A program made the translations under genes and the position numbers. The notes below the pieces were generated by a model. That model did not search any database. It was not told the DNA's origin and saw only the letters and a program-made list of their open reading frames with translations. From the NCBI GenBank assembly GCA_951406725.2, contig OX597829.1:35712001-35776000 (forward strand): 64,000 bases of DNA, read 5' to 3'. Positions 41,057-58,097 of this stretch are shown piece by piece (within the stretch, counting starts at the first letter, position 1; each line of letters begins with the position of its first letter). This stretch comes from Octopus vulgaris (Eukaryota).

Positions 41057-42877
41057 GGATGTATATGTATATGTATATATATATATGTATGTATGTATGT
41101 ATATACATACATACATACAACATATATATATATATATGCATGTATATATGTGTACATATATATATATGTGTGTATGTATATACACACATACATATATTTA
41201 TACATACACACGTATGTATGTGTGCGTATATACACATACACGCATAAGCACATATACGCATACATATATCTAATTTCTTTCTTGCACTGATCCAACTTTT
41301 TCTTCATGTATTTCTTTACCTTCTCTTTATACCTTCTCCTCCCACTTTCTCCTCTGTCTCTGTCTCTCTTTCTAATTTCTTTACCCCCACCCCACCCCCA
41401 CCCAGCCTCACTACACTTACTACATACAACCACCCTTTCCCACCGACCTCCCCAACCCTTTCCAAAACGTCGACAAAACGAAAACATTCGCAGCCTGCTA
41501 ATGAATTAAATCAAGTTTTTAATGCTCCTACCAACCCCCTACACAGTTCCAATCCCAAACACAGGCTCAGGCTAGTAAGGATACACCCACCCCCCAAACT
41601 ACTGCCTCCTTCACGCCCACTAGCATCTATCTCAACCATACCATCACCATTACCATCATTAGCACCACAGACATCATCACCATGATAACCATCATCACCG
41701 CCGCCATCACTACCGACGTCATCATCATTGCCCCCACCGTCATTTCCTCCATCACCACCACCACCACCACCACCACCATCATAATCACAGTCACCATCAT
41801 TAGTTACACCATGCCTTTACCACCACCCTTATCATCTCCTCCCCCTCCCCCCGCCACCACCTTCTTTCCGTTCGTCTTCATTCTCCAACGCAGCCATCAT
41901 CACTATCACCATCGCTTACGCCGCCGCTACTACCACACCAAACACCCTTTTATTTTTGTTACTTTCTTCACCTTTTATCGCCATCCTACCTCTTACTTAC
42001 CCTAACCCACCTCTTTCATTATCACGCACCTCCACAGCTAACCCTAACCAACACCGGCACCTACTGTCACCGGCTCTCGCCTTGTCTGCAGCTGCCTGTC
42101 CGACCTGCCGTCACAGTTTCAACCTGCTTCTTTTTACGCTACGCAAAAGATCTCACCAAAATTCTTCTTTTATTATTATTTTTCTTTAATTCCTTCTCTG
42201 TTCTACATCTGTCTATCGCTTTCCATCATTCTTTCCCTCAAGTTTTCTTTCTCTCTCTCTCTCTCTCCACTATCTGTCTGTCTGTCTGTCTGTCTCTGTC
42301 TGTCTCTGTCTTTCTGTCTGTTTGTCTCTCTCTGTCTTTCTCTCTTATCGTACCTTTTTAAACCTTTCATTTCTCCACTATTTTTCTCTTAATTAGTTAT
42401 ACTGCTTCAATGATTATCTATCTCTTGTAAACTTTATACTCTTATCCCTCTCTTTTTCATGTGTGTGTGTGTGTGTTTGCATTTGTGTTTCCGCGTGCGT
42501 GTGTGTGTATATTCACTCATGTCTCTCTTTTTCCATGTGTTCATTTTACTATCTCTACAATTATGACTTCTCTCTCCGTCCCTGTCTGTCTCTCACTCTG
42601 TCTTTCAACACGTTAATTCATTCTAATTTTGTCTTTTCTCTTAATCTTCTCCCGCTCTGTCTTCCTGATATCCAGTTTTCATCGTGCACTCTTACCATTT
42701 AACAGCTATTACTTTTAATACGTATATGCATGCATACATATTTACATACATATATGCACAAATGCATACATACATACGTACATATACACATGTATACATA
42801 CACACATGTGTGTGTGTATGGATGGGTGGATGGTTCTGTCTACTCTCTGTCTCTCTCTCTCTCACTACACACACACA

Positions 42878-43099
42878 TTCTTTTATTCTTGTTTCAGTCG
42901 TTTGACTGCAGCCATGCAGGAGTACCGCCATTAGTCGAAGAAATCGACCCCAGGACTTATTCTTTGTAAGCCTAGTACTTATTCTACCGTCTCTTATTGC
43001 CGAACCGATAAGTTACGGGGGTCATAAACACACCAGCATCGATTGTCAAGCGATGGCGGGCGAAGGGACAAATACAGACACACTTACATAAACACATAC

Positions 43100-43167
<68 letters not shown>

Positions 43168-43318
43168 GACGGCCTTCTTTCAGTTTCCGTGTTCCAAATC
43201 CATTCATTCACAAGGGTTTGCTCGGCCTGAGGCTGTGGTAGATGACAGTTGCCCAAAATGCCACGCAGTAGGACTGAAGCCGAAACAATATTGCTAGAAA
43301 GCAACATTCTTACCACAC
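42878..43318 (-). mobile_element. SINE family A
   Basis: Tail, core and degenerate head. Confidence 0.85.
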
Positions 43319-43537
43319 TGTGCCGATGTGTGTGTGTGTATAGAGAGAGGGGGGAGGAGGGAGTAGTCCGTTAGAAAATCTCTCATCGAAATAGGAGCAG
43401 TATACGAAACTAAAAATATCACTTTTGGCCACTTTGATATGAATGTCCTCTAAGAGACGACGATCCTGGCATATAACCCCAGGAAGACATCTCCTCCGGG
43501 TTGTTTATTCACACTCGATACTTATTGCAAGCAGGAG

Positions 43538-43589
43538 ACCACCAGCCCACGTGGTTTCGATCTGTATTGGATCTCCTCAATGTTTGGTA
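43538..43589 (-). ncRNA. Hammerhead motif, copy 1
   Basis: UUGAGGA-GAUC-caauaca-GAUC-GAAAC-CACGUG-GGC-UGG; C3>U and cleavage triplet mutated. Confidence 0.7.
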
Positions 43590-43889
43590 CTCGTTCGCCA
43601 GGAATAGCAATAGTTTAACCTCGCTTGCAATATATACTTAATACAGTGCTATACAATCACGGATTTTGTAACTAGGAAACTAGTTCGTTAGAAAACCTCT
43701 ATTCGAGATAGAAGCAGAATGCTAACCAAAAACGTTGAGTTTATATCCAGTTTAATGCGGCTGATCTCTAAGAGACGACGATACTGCCATCTCGAACAGA
43801 TATTGTCTAACGGACTAATTTCTTAGTTACAAAATCAATGATTGTATGACAATGTATTTTCTATATATTGCAACCGAGTGAGTGCGAGT

Positions 43890-43940
43890 ACCAACCACCG
43901 AGGAGATCCAATACAGATTGAAATCATGTGGTCTAGCGGT
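43890..43940 (+). ncRNA. Hammerhead motif, copy 2 (inverted)
   Basis: CCGAGGA-GAUC-caauaca-GAUU-GAAAU-CAUGUG-GUC; the two copies together reconstruct an intact core. Confidence 0.7.
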
Positions 43941-44114
43941 CTCGGAACAAGGCTGGCAGGACGTGTCTCCTGCTTGCGATAAATTTCTAGTGGTAGATTT
44001 GCTCTGAATATACCAGTTGGAGGAGATGTCTTCCTGAGGTTAAATGACAGTATCGTCGTCTCTTAGACAACGGGCACATTAAAGTTGCCACAAACAATAA
44101 CTCTCTCTCTCTCG

Positions 44115-44189
<75 letters not shown>

Positions 44190-44190
<1 letters not shown>

Positions 44191-45056
44191 AATACAGTGT
44201 ACATTTAAACACATTAAGAGGTTTCCATCATAGGAATCCTTTACGCTAGAAAGAACAGCTAAAGTCCAAACCACTAATTAGGGATAAATTCTCGAAGGGA
44301 ATGAAAGATAATAACATTTACTGTTTCTTTTCTGGACCATGGTTTCTAACTTATTTTAGTAAATAAAATTATTTACCAGTCCAAACCACTAATTAGTGGT
44401 TTTTCATTCCCTCCGAGAATTTATCCATAATTAGTCGCTTGGACTTTAGCTGTTCTTTCTAGCGTAAAGGATTCCTATGATGGAAACCTCTTAATGTGTT
44501 TAAATGTACACTGTATTTCATATGAATAATATATAATTTACTGACTAATATTTCTAAAAATTTCTAAAATCTTTATAATCCTGATATTATTAATTATGTA
44601 TAATGATTTCTGGTAGATTCGTTCGAAAAATTTGCCGGCATCTTTTCGCTGCCGACAAAAAAAGACTGCGCTCGTGCGGTGGATTTGAAAGAGTTAAAAG
44701 TCATAAGCAAGAGGCACATGCTGGATTGGCCTCGTTGTTTATATATTTAATTTTGGCGTCCCTGTTGATGAAGACTTCGTCTGGTAAATTATTCTATTTA
44801 CTAAAATAAGTCAGAAACCATGGTCCAGGAAAGAGATGGTAAATATTTTTATTTTGCATTCCCTTCAAGAATTTATTCCAAATTAGTGGCTTCGACTTTA
44901 GCTGTTCTATCTAGTGTAAAGGATTCCTATGATGGAAACCGCTTAATGTGTTTAAAAGTACACTGTATTTTATATGAATAAAATATAGTCTATTGACTAA
45001 TTTTTCTATTCGCTAGGCCATTGGTAGTAAAAATGTCTGAAATCTTTATTACCCTG

Positions 45057-45060
<4 letters not shown>
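44190..45060. mobile_element. Inverted-plus-tandem array of a 452-bp hammerhead-bearing repeat
   Basis: ttagctgttct at 44446 and 44898 (period 452); inverted partial copy 44190-44380; 20-bp palindrome at the junction. Confidence 0.88.
44761..44829 (+). ncRNA. Type-I hammerhead motif
   Basis: CCUG-UUGAUGA-A-GACUU...AAGUC-A-GAAAC-CAUG-GUC-CAGG; stem I CCUG/CAGG; palindrome ACCAUGGU; C3>U. Confidence 0.75.
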
Positions 45061-45107
<47 letters not shown>

Positions 45108-45143
45108 TGTGTGTGTGCTTATGTGCGTATGTGTGTGTGTGTC

Positions 45144-45200
<57 letters not shown>

Positions 45201-45902
45201 CTCTATCTCTCTATCTCTCTATCTCTCTATCTCTCTATCTGTGTGTGTGCGTATATATGTATGTATATATGTATGAATGTATGTATGAATGTATGTATGT
45301 ATGTATGTATGTATGTTTGTATATATATATATATATGTATATATATCAGTGTGTGTGGCTGTGGTCCTTTTTGTGTGGGTGTGGCAGTGTGTGTATATGT
45401 ATAAGTATGCGTGAGGGTGTGTGTGGGTATGTGTCTATATGAGTATGTGTGCGTGCATATGAGTGTGTGAGTGTGTGTATATATGCGTGTGTATATGTGT
45501 GCGTATTGTGTGTGAGTGTAGGATTCCATTTGTACACTTCGGGATAAGTCAACGTGTATGTTTGAGCGTTATGTATCTATATATCATGTTGGGGTGGTTT
45601 ATGCTATGTGTATTGGTGTATTGGACAGAAACTGAAGAATAAAACTTGAAAATAGAAATTAGAAATAAAATTTTAAAAATAAATAAAAATAAAACAAATA
45701 ATATAAAAATGTTCTTTAAAAAAGTGTGTGAAGGATGTCACTGGAAGGAGGGGGTCATGTTGAGTCCGGGTAGAGTATGAGTTCGCGAGAGTAAACATGT
45801 AATGCTATTCAAGGCGAAGTCTGACGTTGGATCTTTGGTGTAGAGTAAGGCCGAAAACTGTACGGTGGAGTGGCCGTTCGGGCAAAAATAACGTGCGACA
45901 TG

Positions 45903-46235
45903 GTGAAGGCGCGTGGTTCAGTGATTAGAGCAACAAGCTCACAATCATGAAATAGTGAGTTATATTCCCGGTCCAGGCTCTGTGTTGTGTTCTTAAGCCA
46001 GACAATTTCTTTTACGTTGCTCCTGTTCACTCAGCTGTAGAAATGAGTTGCGACGTCACTGGTGCCAATTTGTATCGCCCTTTGCCTTTCTCTTGGATTA
46101 CATCAGTGGTGTGGAGAGGGTAGGCTGGTATGCATGGGTGACTGCTGGTCTTCAAGAAACAACTTTGCCTGGACTTGTGCCTTAGAAGGTAACTTTCTCG
46201 CTGCAATCCCATGGTCATTTATGATTGATGGGGTT
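45903..46235 (+). mobile_element. SINE family B, full length, degenerate
   Basis: Head matches 30465-30574. Confidence 0.75.
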
Positions 46236-46334
46236 CTTTTACACCTTTATATGTATGTATGTATATATGTTTGTATGTATGTATGTATGTATGTATGTAT
46301 GTATGTATGTATGTATGTATGTATGTATGTATGA

Positions 46335-47600
46335 CGATAAAGAGATAGCGACAGGAACAGGTGAAGGATATCGCTACAAGTACTTAGCTTGAACTTTGCA
46401 CTTAGGTCTTCCTTTCACAACAAAACAGCCCTGTTTAAGATGGTATTACATTCCTCCTGTGGAGGAGGGGGTCAAGGAAAGGCGACCTAAAAATTGCTTA
46501 CTCGCATTGCAAACTTGCACCAGAAGATTAAGCAAATCGAAAATAAGAAACCTTTTGATTGCACTTTGGAACGTGAGAACCCTTCAGGACAGCAAGAAAA
46601 ATATTGAATTATATCCCTTTTGAGAGTTGCCGGGAAAATCCTTGGAAGGTTATTATAAGCAGACTAAATGATTTCCTTGCCAGCTTAGTGTTACCTGAAT
46701 CTCGGTGTGGATTTTGGGCTGGTAGAGGCACAATGGTTATGATTTTCAGACTAAAATCACTGCAGGAAAAGCCTCGTGAGTACAACTGAAACCTTTTGGT
46801 CATTTTTGTAGATCTAACTAAAGCTTTTGACACCGTATCTCTGGATGCTTTTTGGGTTGTCCTTAGAAAGCTAGGTGTTCTCGAAAAGATGCTCAATGTC
46901 GTAATTTCCTTCCATCAGGAGATGATGGCTTCTGTTAGGTCTAGCAGGGAAGTATCCGACTCATTCACAGTCCCAAATGGGACAAAACAAGGTTGTGTTC
47001 TTGCGCCGCTTTATATGTCTCCACCATGTTAAAACGGCATTCGGGAGTTGGGGAGTTAAAGAAAGAGTAAAGTTTGATTTCACAACCGGTGGTGACTTGT
47101 TCAATCAACAGCACTTCAAAGCAAAAGCTAAGACTTTAATGCAAGCAGTTCGAGATTTACTCTTCGCAGACGATTGTGCACGTGTAGCACACTTTCTTGA
47201 GGACATGTAATGGGTTCTAAACAACTTCTGGTGAGCATCGGAGGCTTTTGGTCTGACCATCAGCATCAAGAAAACCGAGTTTATCCATCAGCCCATTCGT
47301 GACCATCCTCCCGCTTTTGCCGTTACTGTATAAGTCGATGGGTAAGTATTAAAAACTGATTCCACTTTCACTAAGATTGGCTCCATTGTGTCCATTGATG
47401 CTAAGATGGATAAAGAAATTGAGTTCGGAACTGAGAAGGCTAGTTCCACTTTCGGTAAGCTATACCATAGGCTTTGGAACAGGCACGACGTAACATTGAG
47501 GGTAAGAGTCGATGTATATAAGTCGGTTATTTTGATTTCATTGCTTTATGGTGCAGTACCGAAAGCACATCAACCGGCTTGGCGCTTTTCATATACGGCA
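46335..47600 (+). mobile_element. RTE (BovB-like) LINE, internally deleted
   Basis: LLIALWNVRTL (APE start) joined to LPESRCGF.AGRGT, FVDLTKAFDTV, GTKQGCVLAP, LLFADDCA. Confidence 0.9.
46405..46497 (+). ncRNA. Degenerate HDV-like ribozyme at the RTE 5' end
   Basis: P1 UCUUCC/GGAGGA, P3 ACA/UGU with L3 UUCCUCC, GG for P1.1, P4 GUC/GAC, J4/2 CUAA; P2 and first P1 pairs degenerate. Confidence 0.55.
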
Positions 47601-47701
47601 CATCTCTTCTACCATTACTTTTTCAGAACATGACACCAACATGCTCTTAAAACGTTTATGGGCTGAGAAATGTTATAGTCTGAAATTGCGCACGCACGCA
47701 C

Positions 47702-47802
<101 letters not shown>

Positions 47803-48103
47803 GTAATAGTTATATATGAAAATATGTCAACGCCGACAATGATTGAACTTTGAAATGCTCCGCAACTTTCCCACCAAAGTAGAACGCACGATATTATTCG
47901 TAAAACTTCCAGCATATGTAACAACAGCCTTGCTTATGCAGGCGAATTCTTGACAACATTTCTTGTATGCAGAAGACACGCCGCTGCTGTCATACAGACA
48001 AACGTAGATTTGTAGCTAGAAAAATCGAACGAAGACAGAGAGGATTTCAGAACTATATATATATATATCACCCTAGGTTAAGACTTAATTAAACAGAAAA
48101 ATA

Positions 48104-48151
<48 letters not shown>

Positions 48152-48240
48152 GGGAGAGTTTACGAAAAAACAAAGGACGAAGACAGGTGGTGTACAAAAC
48201 AAACAGATGTATTAGAATCACGCTCAGGAATAGAAAACGT

Positions 48241-48276
48241 CTTTTACGTTTCAAGCCTACGCTCTTCTACAGAAAG
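48241..48276 (-). ncRNA. Minimal hammerhead motif (same family as 1981)
   Basis: CUUU-CUGUAGA-A-GAGC-guag-GCUU-GAAAC-GUA-AAAG; A6>U. Confidence 0.6.
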
Positions 48277-48340
48277 GGATACAGACCAAACAAGGAGCGA
48301 AAAAAATGTGTGCAGTGGCTAACGATCTATCATGGCGTCT

Positions 48341-48394
<54 letters not shown>

Positions 48395-48989
48395 GAGAGA
48401 CAGACAGACAGACAGAGACAGAGACAGAGAGACAGACAGTCAGACAGACAGAGACAGAGAAAACTCTAATTTACATTTTAATTATTCAACAATAACTTTA
48501 TGACTACATTCTGCAATTGAAATTTGAAAAATACATTTTATGGAGTATTTGATTTAGTAATAACCTTTAAAGAAAGGTGAATTTATGAAAATATCCGAAC
48601 GCTTACATCGATTAAACTTTTGCAACACTTCAGTTCACGTACAAAACGTTATCGTATGTAATTATAGAATAACGTTCTCAAAACTTCCTAAATAGCTATG
48701 TGCCTACAGGGACCTTAATCATATAGCTGAATTCATAGCGAACCATCTTCAGGGGAAAAGATTATAAAGAATTAGATACATAGATATTGTTATTTTATAG
48801 ACACCGATCTGTTGTAACCGAACAAATAGGAAAATAGTGGAAACTTCCGAGCTGAGTATATCTAGCCTTAAGTGAAAAGTTAATTACAAACATAAATTAA
48901 ACAATAAATCAAACAACCACATGGCAAAATCATAGAAAATTTTAACATAAACACACATACATAAGAATAATATAGATATATACACACGT

Positions 48990-52060
<3,071 letters not shown>

Positions 52061-52997
52061 GTTCACACATTAAATACTTAAGAAAAGCCACACACACACA
52101 GAAGCACGCACACATTTATATACACCTTACGTTCATGCGTATACAGGCGTATACATGTGTGTGTGTATTCATACACATACACATATATAGACACAAACAA
52201 ACATGTATGCATACAAATATAATTTACTCACATACTTGCCTCCAGAGATATACTTCTCTACGCACATACAAGCTGATGCACACATTTAAAGGCACTAACA
52301 CAAAGATATGCCCGCTTACATATCTAAGCTATGGTCTTATTTTATTGGTCATGTCACAACATTCATAAAACCTTCCGTCATTCTCTCTCCACTCTTCTGT
52401 TCAAGACTTTCGCCAATACAAGTCCTTAGCCGAAACGCCATTTACATTATACTTTTAGAAAGCTCTTATCATTCGTTCTAGCAGAATTTTCTGTGGAATC
52501 GCATCTGAGCGGAGACAAACAATGAAGTGAGAAGGCAGAAGGAGAGCAAGTGAGAGAGAGAGAGAAAGGGGGGAGAGAGAGAGAGGGGGGGAAGGAAAGG
52601 GGGAAGAGGCGAGAAGGTGGAATCTGTTTGTCTCAGCTCCACTAACAGACAATGAATTCTAAAGAAAGGATGTTATTGTATTTATCTATTTATTTTCTGA
52701 CAATATATTTTTATATTTTTTCTCTTTTTTTTAATTTCCTATTCCACATTCACGTTTAAAACGACAGAACTGATGAATAAAACGTTGGTGATGATGATCA
52801 ACATCATCACCATCATTATGATCATAATTATGAAGTTGTTGTTGTTCTTGATGATGATTTTGTCTTGTTGTTGATTGTCGTTATTGTTTCATTTGTTGTT
52901 CATATTGTTTTTCTTGACGTATTTGTTAATGGTTGCGGTGATTAAGAGTGGCGATGAAAATTACGGTAATATTGGAAATAATCCTGATGATTAATAT

Positions 52998-53555
<558 letters not shown>

Positions 53556-53634
53556 ACGTGGAGCAAAAGAGAAGATTCTGAAATATCTTCTGCACAGAAA
53601 AAAAAAAAGAACATTAAACTGCAATATTTTTTAC

Positions 53635-53930
53635 CTTGCATCGCAAGGACAGTAGAAATATTCGATGAAATTATAGTCAATGTTCTTTGGAGAAGCTCTG
53701 GGAAAGTAAGCGGGGAAACGATTCGTGTGGAAGCGACAAATATTCTGTTCGTTGTTTCTTGTGCTTCGAACGGTCTTGGATAAAATTTTCAACAGGAGGA
53801 ATAATGAAAAGTATATTTTGATGAACAGAGGCCTCTTTGATATTATTCTTATCTTTTGTTGTTTTTTATTGTTCGGATTTAGATTTTTTCATTCCCCAAA
53901 TATGCTTTTATTAAAAGGAAGTTAAAAAAT
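53635..53930 (-). other. Candidate 5' exon of host gene ending ATG CAA G|gtaaaa
   Basis: Unique sequence; possible acceptor aattttcag at 53931; ATG at 53641-53639; donor at 53634. Confidence 0.35.
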
Positions 53931-54804
53931 CTGAAAATTGGCGATAATAATTTAGCTTTCCAGTCTCATTGCTTTGAAGGTATGATGTTGTGGAGAAAAA
54001 AAATTGGAGTGAAAAGTTACAGAGGCGTGAAAATTGAAAAAAAACTGGGTATTTTTAGCCAATAGTGGGACAGAAATTTTCTGCGTTTAGCGGTGCGATG
54101 TCAACTTTTAGGTTGTACCCTGTAAAATTGATAGTTTAGTGTCTGACCTGTTCATTGTAGGTTTCTAAATAAACAGAAATACCCAAAATCAACACGTATC
54201 ATCCTACTGTTTCTTTTGTCTCTTCATTGATTGTATGTTTTTTTATAATTTTTTAAAATTTGTTATATAATATATTTGTCTGCATGTGTTTACTTTATGT
54301 GTACACCAATATTATGTATACCTGCCATGTACATCATTGATATTTAAGTGCGTGCGTGTGTGTGTTTGTGTGTATGAAAAGAGGGCGTCTGTCTCCAAAA
54401 CTCCAAAGTTGAGTAACGTTTTCATGCTTGGATTTGTAATGGTACTGGTCAACTAAGAATTTGCTCCAAGAGAAAGAATACTTATATCTTATATGTTTTT
54501 GCATGCAGGATTCGAAACTAGTGTCAAATTATTTGTATTACCCGCGGTTTCTCTGTTACACGATATCCCTCTCAGTTCTTGTTACGTATGCTAAATTTCA
54601 GTTTAGCTGTAGAAATGTTTAAGAAACATTCCTACTAATTTAAATATATATGAATAGAATTAAACTAATGAAATCATAAATCCAGTTGTCTGAGTCAATG
54701 AGTCCCAAAAATATATGAAATGAAAAATATGTAAAAATATTAAGTGTGAAAATCAACATAGACAGCAATGGTACAGACAACAGTGAACCACAACACAGCA
54801 TGCA

Positions 54805-54863
54805 GTTATCATGGTAACAAGCTGCTAATGCCACGCTATCTGTTGATTGGCTAAAATTACCCA
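54805..54863 (-). promoter_or_regulatory. RFX X-box plus CCAAT box promoter-like module
   Basis: GTTATCATGGTAAC (54805-54818) and ttttagCCAATc on minus (54846-54850) in non-repetitive DNA. Confidence 0.45.
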
Positions 54864-55139
54864 AATTTCCAAACTTTAATTCCAAATAACATCAGATTCT
54901 TTAATTTACGAGATAAAGTAATTGGTTGATCATAATCAAAATTCAGAGTTGCATCGATACAACAAAATTAAAAGCAATCAGAGGAAAATTAAGGAGGGGA
55001 AGCTCATTTTGCGAATGAGAAAGACTAGATGCTATTGTCCTTTAGGGATCAGTCCTGATGAGGTAGACCTATGATCCAAGATGTTTCGACTAAGACTATC
55101 TCGTCTTCTAATTTTTCCAGATATAGTGAATTTAGGAAT

Positions 55140-55530
55140 ACACTTAGCTTGCTTCCCAACCATATGGTTTCGGGCAAGTGTCTTCTACTAAAGCCTCAAA
55201 CCTTGAGAGTGGATTCGGTAGAAACTGAAAGAAGCCCATCGGACACACACACACACACAAACACACACATATATTAATGTATGTATTTATGTGCCTATGT
55301 CTCTGTGTCTGTGTTTATCTCTATCCATCACCAAGCAACGGTTTAACAACCGGTGTTGATATGTGTACGTCTCCGTATCTAGCGGTTCAGCAAAAGAAGC
55401 TGATAGAATAAATACTAGGCTTTAAAAATAAGTCTTGGGGTCAATTTGTTCGACTAAAACTCCTCACGGCTGTGCTCCAGTATGCCCGCAGTCCAATGGT
55501 TGAAAAATGTAAAAGGATAAAAGAAAAGAA
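55140..55530 (+). mobile_element. SINE family A, degenerate
   Basis: ggcaagtgtcttctacta core; tail. Confidence 0.75.
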
Positions 55531-56534
55531 GAATACTATGCAATGTTTCCTTTTCAAATACAGAGTCGGATTTGAGAGACATTGGCTGCTGTTTTTAGCA
55601 GGTTAAGGAACTGTGTAGAGGCTTCTTGTGCGTTTTTTAAAAATTTCTTGGTACTATTATTATTGCTTTAACGGAATCAGCGCCGCTTCAGCAGAACTAT
55701 GATCAAAGCAGATTCAAACATGACCACCATGTCTTTCATCATGTATTTATCCTACACTGTCTGATTTGTGTTTCCTTTCGTAATGAATCATTAAAGAGAT
55801 ATTTTGCTGCTGACGAGCAGGTCATGTGAAGGAGCATTATAAAAAGAGTGAAAGAATAAAATAAAGTAAGGCAACTTTGAACTAGTGATTAAATGTCCCG
55901 CATTTCAGTGTAAAAAAATGTTGTCTCTTGTTGACCCGATGGCGTTGTTACGCTTGGTTTATTTCACGGTAAGTGTTCTCTAAAGGCATGAATATCACAC
56001 ATACTTTCAGGTTTCATTCAACTCCTCTCATCAACTTTGGTGCTTGATAAAACAGTGTCAGTCCAAGGCAATGGATCGGCGAAACTAAAAGAACGTTGGA
56101 CTGGATATGTGTTGCGGATTTGTCCTCACTCTTTGTTTTCAGAGCTCAAATCGCGCCCTAGCCTACATGGATAGTAGTCTTAATTGATTGTTAGGCTTAA
56201 AACCATTGCTTCGCCTTTTGAATGTCTTTAGCAAACATTCGGGACTAGTTTCTGGTTTAAATATATTTACTTCCTTCTCTGCAAGTAGTCTCAGAAGTCC
56301 TGCTATCCCATTTGAAGGAAGTTTAAAAATAGAGTTAATTTTAATTTGCAAAAAATAGCTCATATTTCAATAGGAAAAAAGTGTTTGTAATATTCTTGAT
56401 CTCGTTGGGATTATTATTATAATTATTGATATCATTATCACTAGATAGGTAAAGAGCGTTAAGTGGTACTAAACGTAATATTTACTATTTTGCCCTAATC
56501 GCCACTTCTTTTTTAAACGTTATTAAAATAACGA

Positions 56535-56746
56535 TTTCAAATTTTGGCACAAGGCCAGAAATTTCGATAGTGGCAGTAAGCCGATTGTATCGACCCCAGA
56601 ACTCAAATAGTACTTATTTTATCAGCCCCGAAAGGATAAAAGATAAAGTCGATCCGGGCGAAATTTGAATTCAGAGCGAAAAGACAGATAAAGTGCCTCG
56701 AAGCGTTTTGGACAGCGTACTAATGAGTCAGTCAGATCGCTGCCTT
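56535..56746 (-). mobile_element. SINE family C
   Basis: Minus: ggcagcgatctgactgac...tgaattcaaatttcgcccggatcgacttt...gataaaataagtac...ggggtcgat; shares aataagtac and ggggtcgat motifs with family A. Confidence 0.65.
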
Positions 56747-57282
56747 CAAATAGTATCAAAATAATAAACTTATAAACATACATTCCTAAACACGAGCATT
56801 TCAAAATGCCAGTTATTGTTGAGATGCATTCATTTTCTATTGTTGTGTGTAGACAGAACAGAGGCCTATTCATACAGGCCTCTCGTACAGAAAGAGGCCT
56901 ATTTATCGCAACTAAGCATTTTCAACCATCATAAAACAACAACAGCAGAACCAGCAGAAAGATCACCATCAGACGAACATACCTCGATATGGTTGTTTAA
57001 CTTACTACAAAAAGAAATATTATCCTCAAACCATTCTCTGTGGACAGGTTGGTTTATACACTCTACTGGAAAAAGCGTTGGTGCATGTTTAATCACAGTC
57101 TATTGGATCGGAGCCGATCTGACGTTCACAGGTAACAATGAGAAATACATCGAAGCTCCGGACTTGGCACATTTAAATAAAGTTCTTTGGGAAAATGACT
57201 CTTATAAGCCTAAAGTTAATAATTTCTATGTAAAAAGTCAAAAGTAAAATATTGACCAACTTTGAATAAAATTTGAAACAAC

Positions 57283-57445
57283 TCGCGCTGGAATGACTGT
57301 GTGGAAAGAAGTTTGCTTCCCATCCACATACCTCCGGGTTCAGTACCACTGCGTACTACCTTGGGCAAGTGTCTCCTTTAGGCTCAGGCCAACCAAAACC
57401 ATGTGCGGGGATTTGGTAGACAGAAACTGAAAGCCACCGTCGTCC
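57283..57445 (+). mobile_element. SINE family A 5' half
   Basis: ccgggttcagtaccactgcg...ccttgggcaagtgtct. Confidence 0.75.
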
Positions 57446-57568
57446 TATATATATATATATATATGTATAATCGAACTCACATACACAGTGTATGTTTTGC
57501 GAACTAGTAAAACACATATATTGTGCGTATATGTGTTGGATAATGCTTCTAAATCATATTTGAATATA

Positions 57569-57639
<71 letters not shown>

Positions 57640-57823
57640 GTGTGTGTGTGTGTGTGGATAAATATATATATATTTTAAATTTGCTTATGGTAACGTTTTG
57701 AATAAGCAAATAAAACTCCTATTCCATTATGCCGGCCACCGTCTAATGATGCTGACTAGTGAAATAGTTTTTGGGGTGTTGGATCAAGTTATACCGATAT
57801 AATGAAGGATAATAATAATAATG

Positions 57824-57899
<76 letters not shown>

Positions 57900-57908
57900 G
57901 AAGAATAA

Positions 57909-57939
<31 letters not shown>

Positions 57940-58054
57940 AAGAAGAAGAAGAAGAATGATTATAATAATAAACAGAACCCATAACAAAACCAACCAAAGA
58001 GAAGGTAGGGTGAACGGATAACCATAAATACTATAAAATAGTTGATTTATGAGT

Positions 58055-58097
<43 letters not shown>

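Larger units (their letters stand above)
43363..44095. mobile_element. Tandem-plus-inverted array of an about 318-bp hammerhead-bearing repeat
   Basis: ctctaagagacgacgat at 43448 and 43766 and inverted at about 44053-44067; unit 43363-43680, partial second unit to 43790, inverted unit 43790-44095. Confidence 0.85.

Noticed and set aside
56816-57247. 143-aa non-repetitive ORF
   Set aside because: Non-ATG start, no recognisable motif, and overlaps a degenerate repeat resembling the reverse complement of 55568-55610
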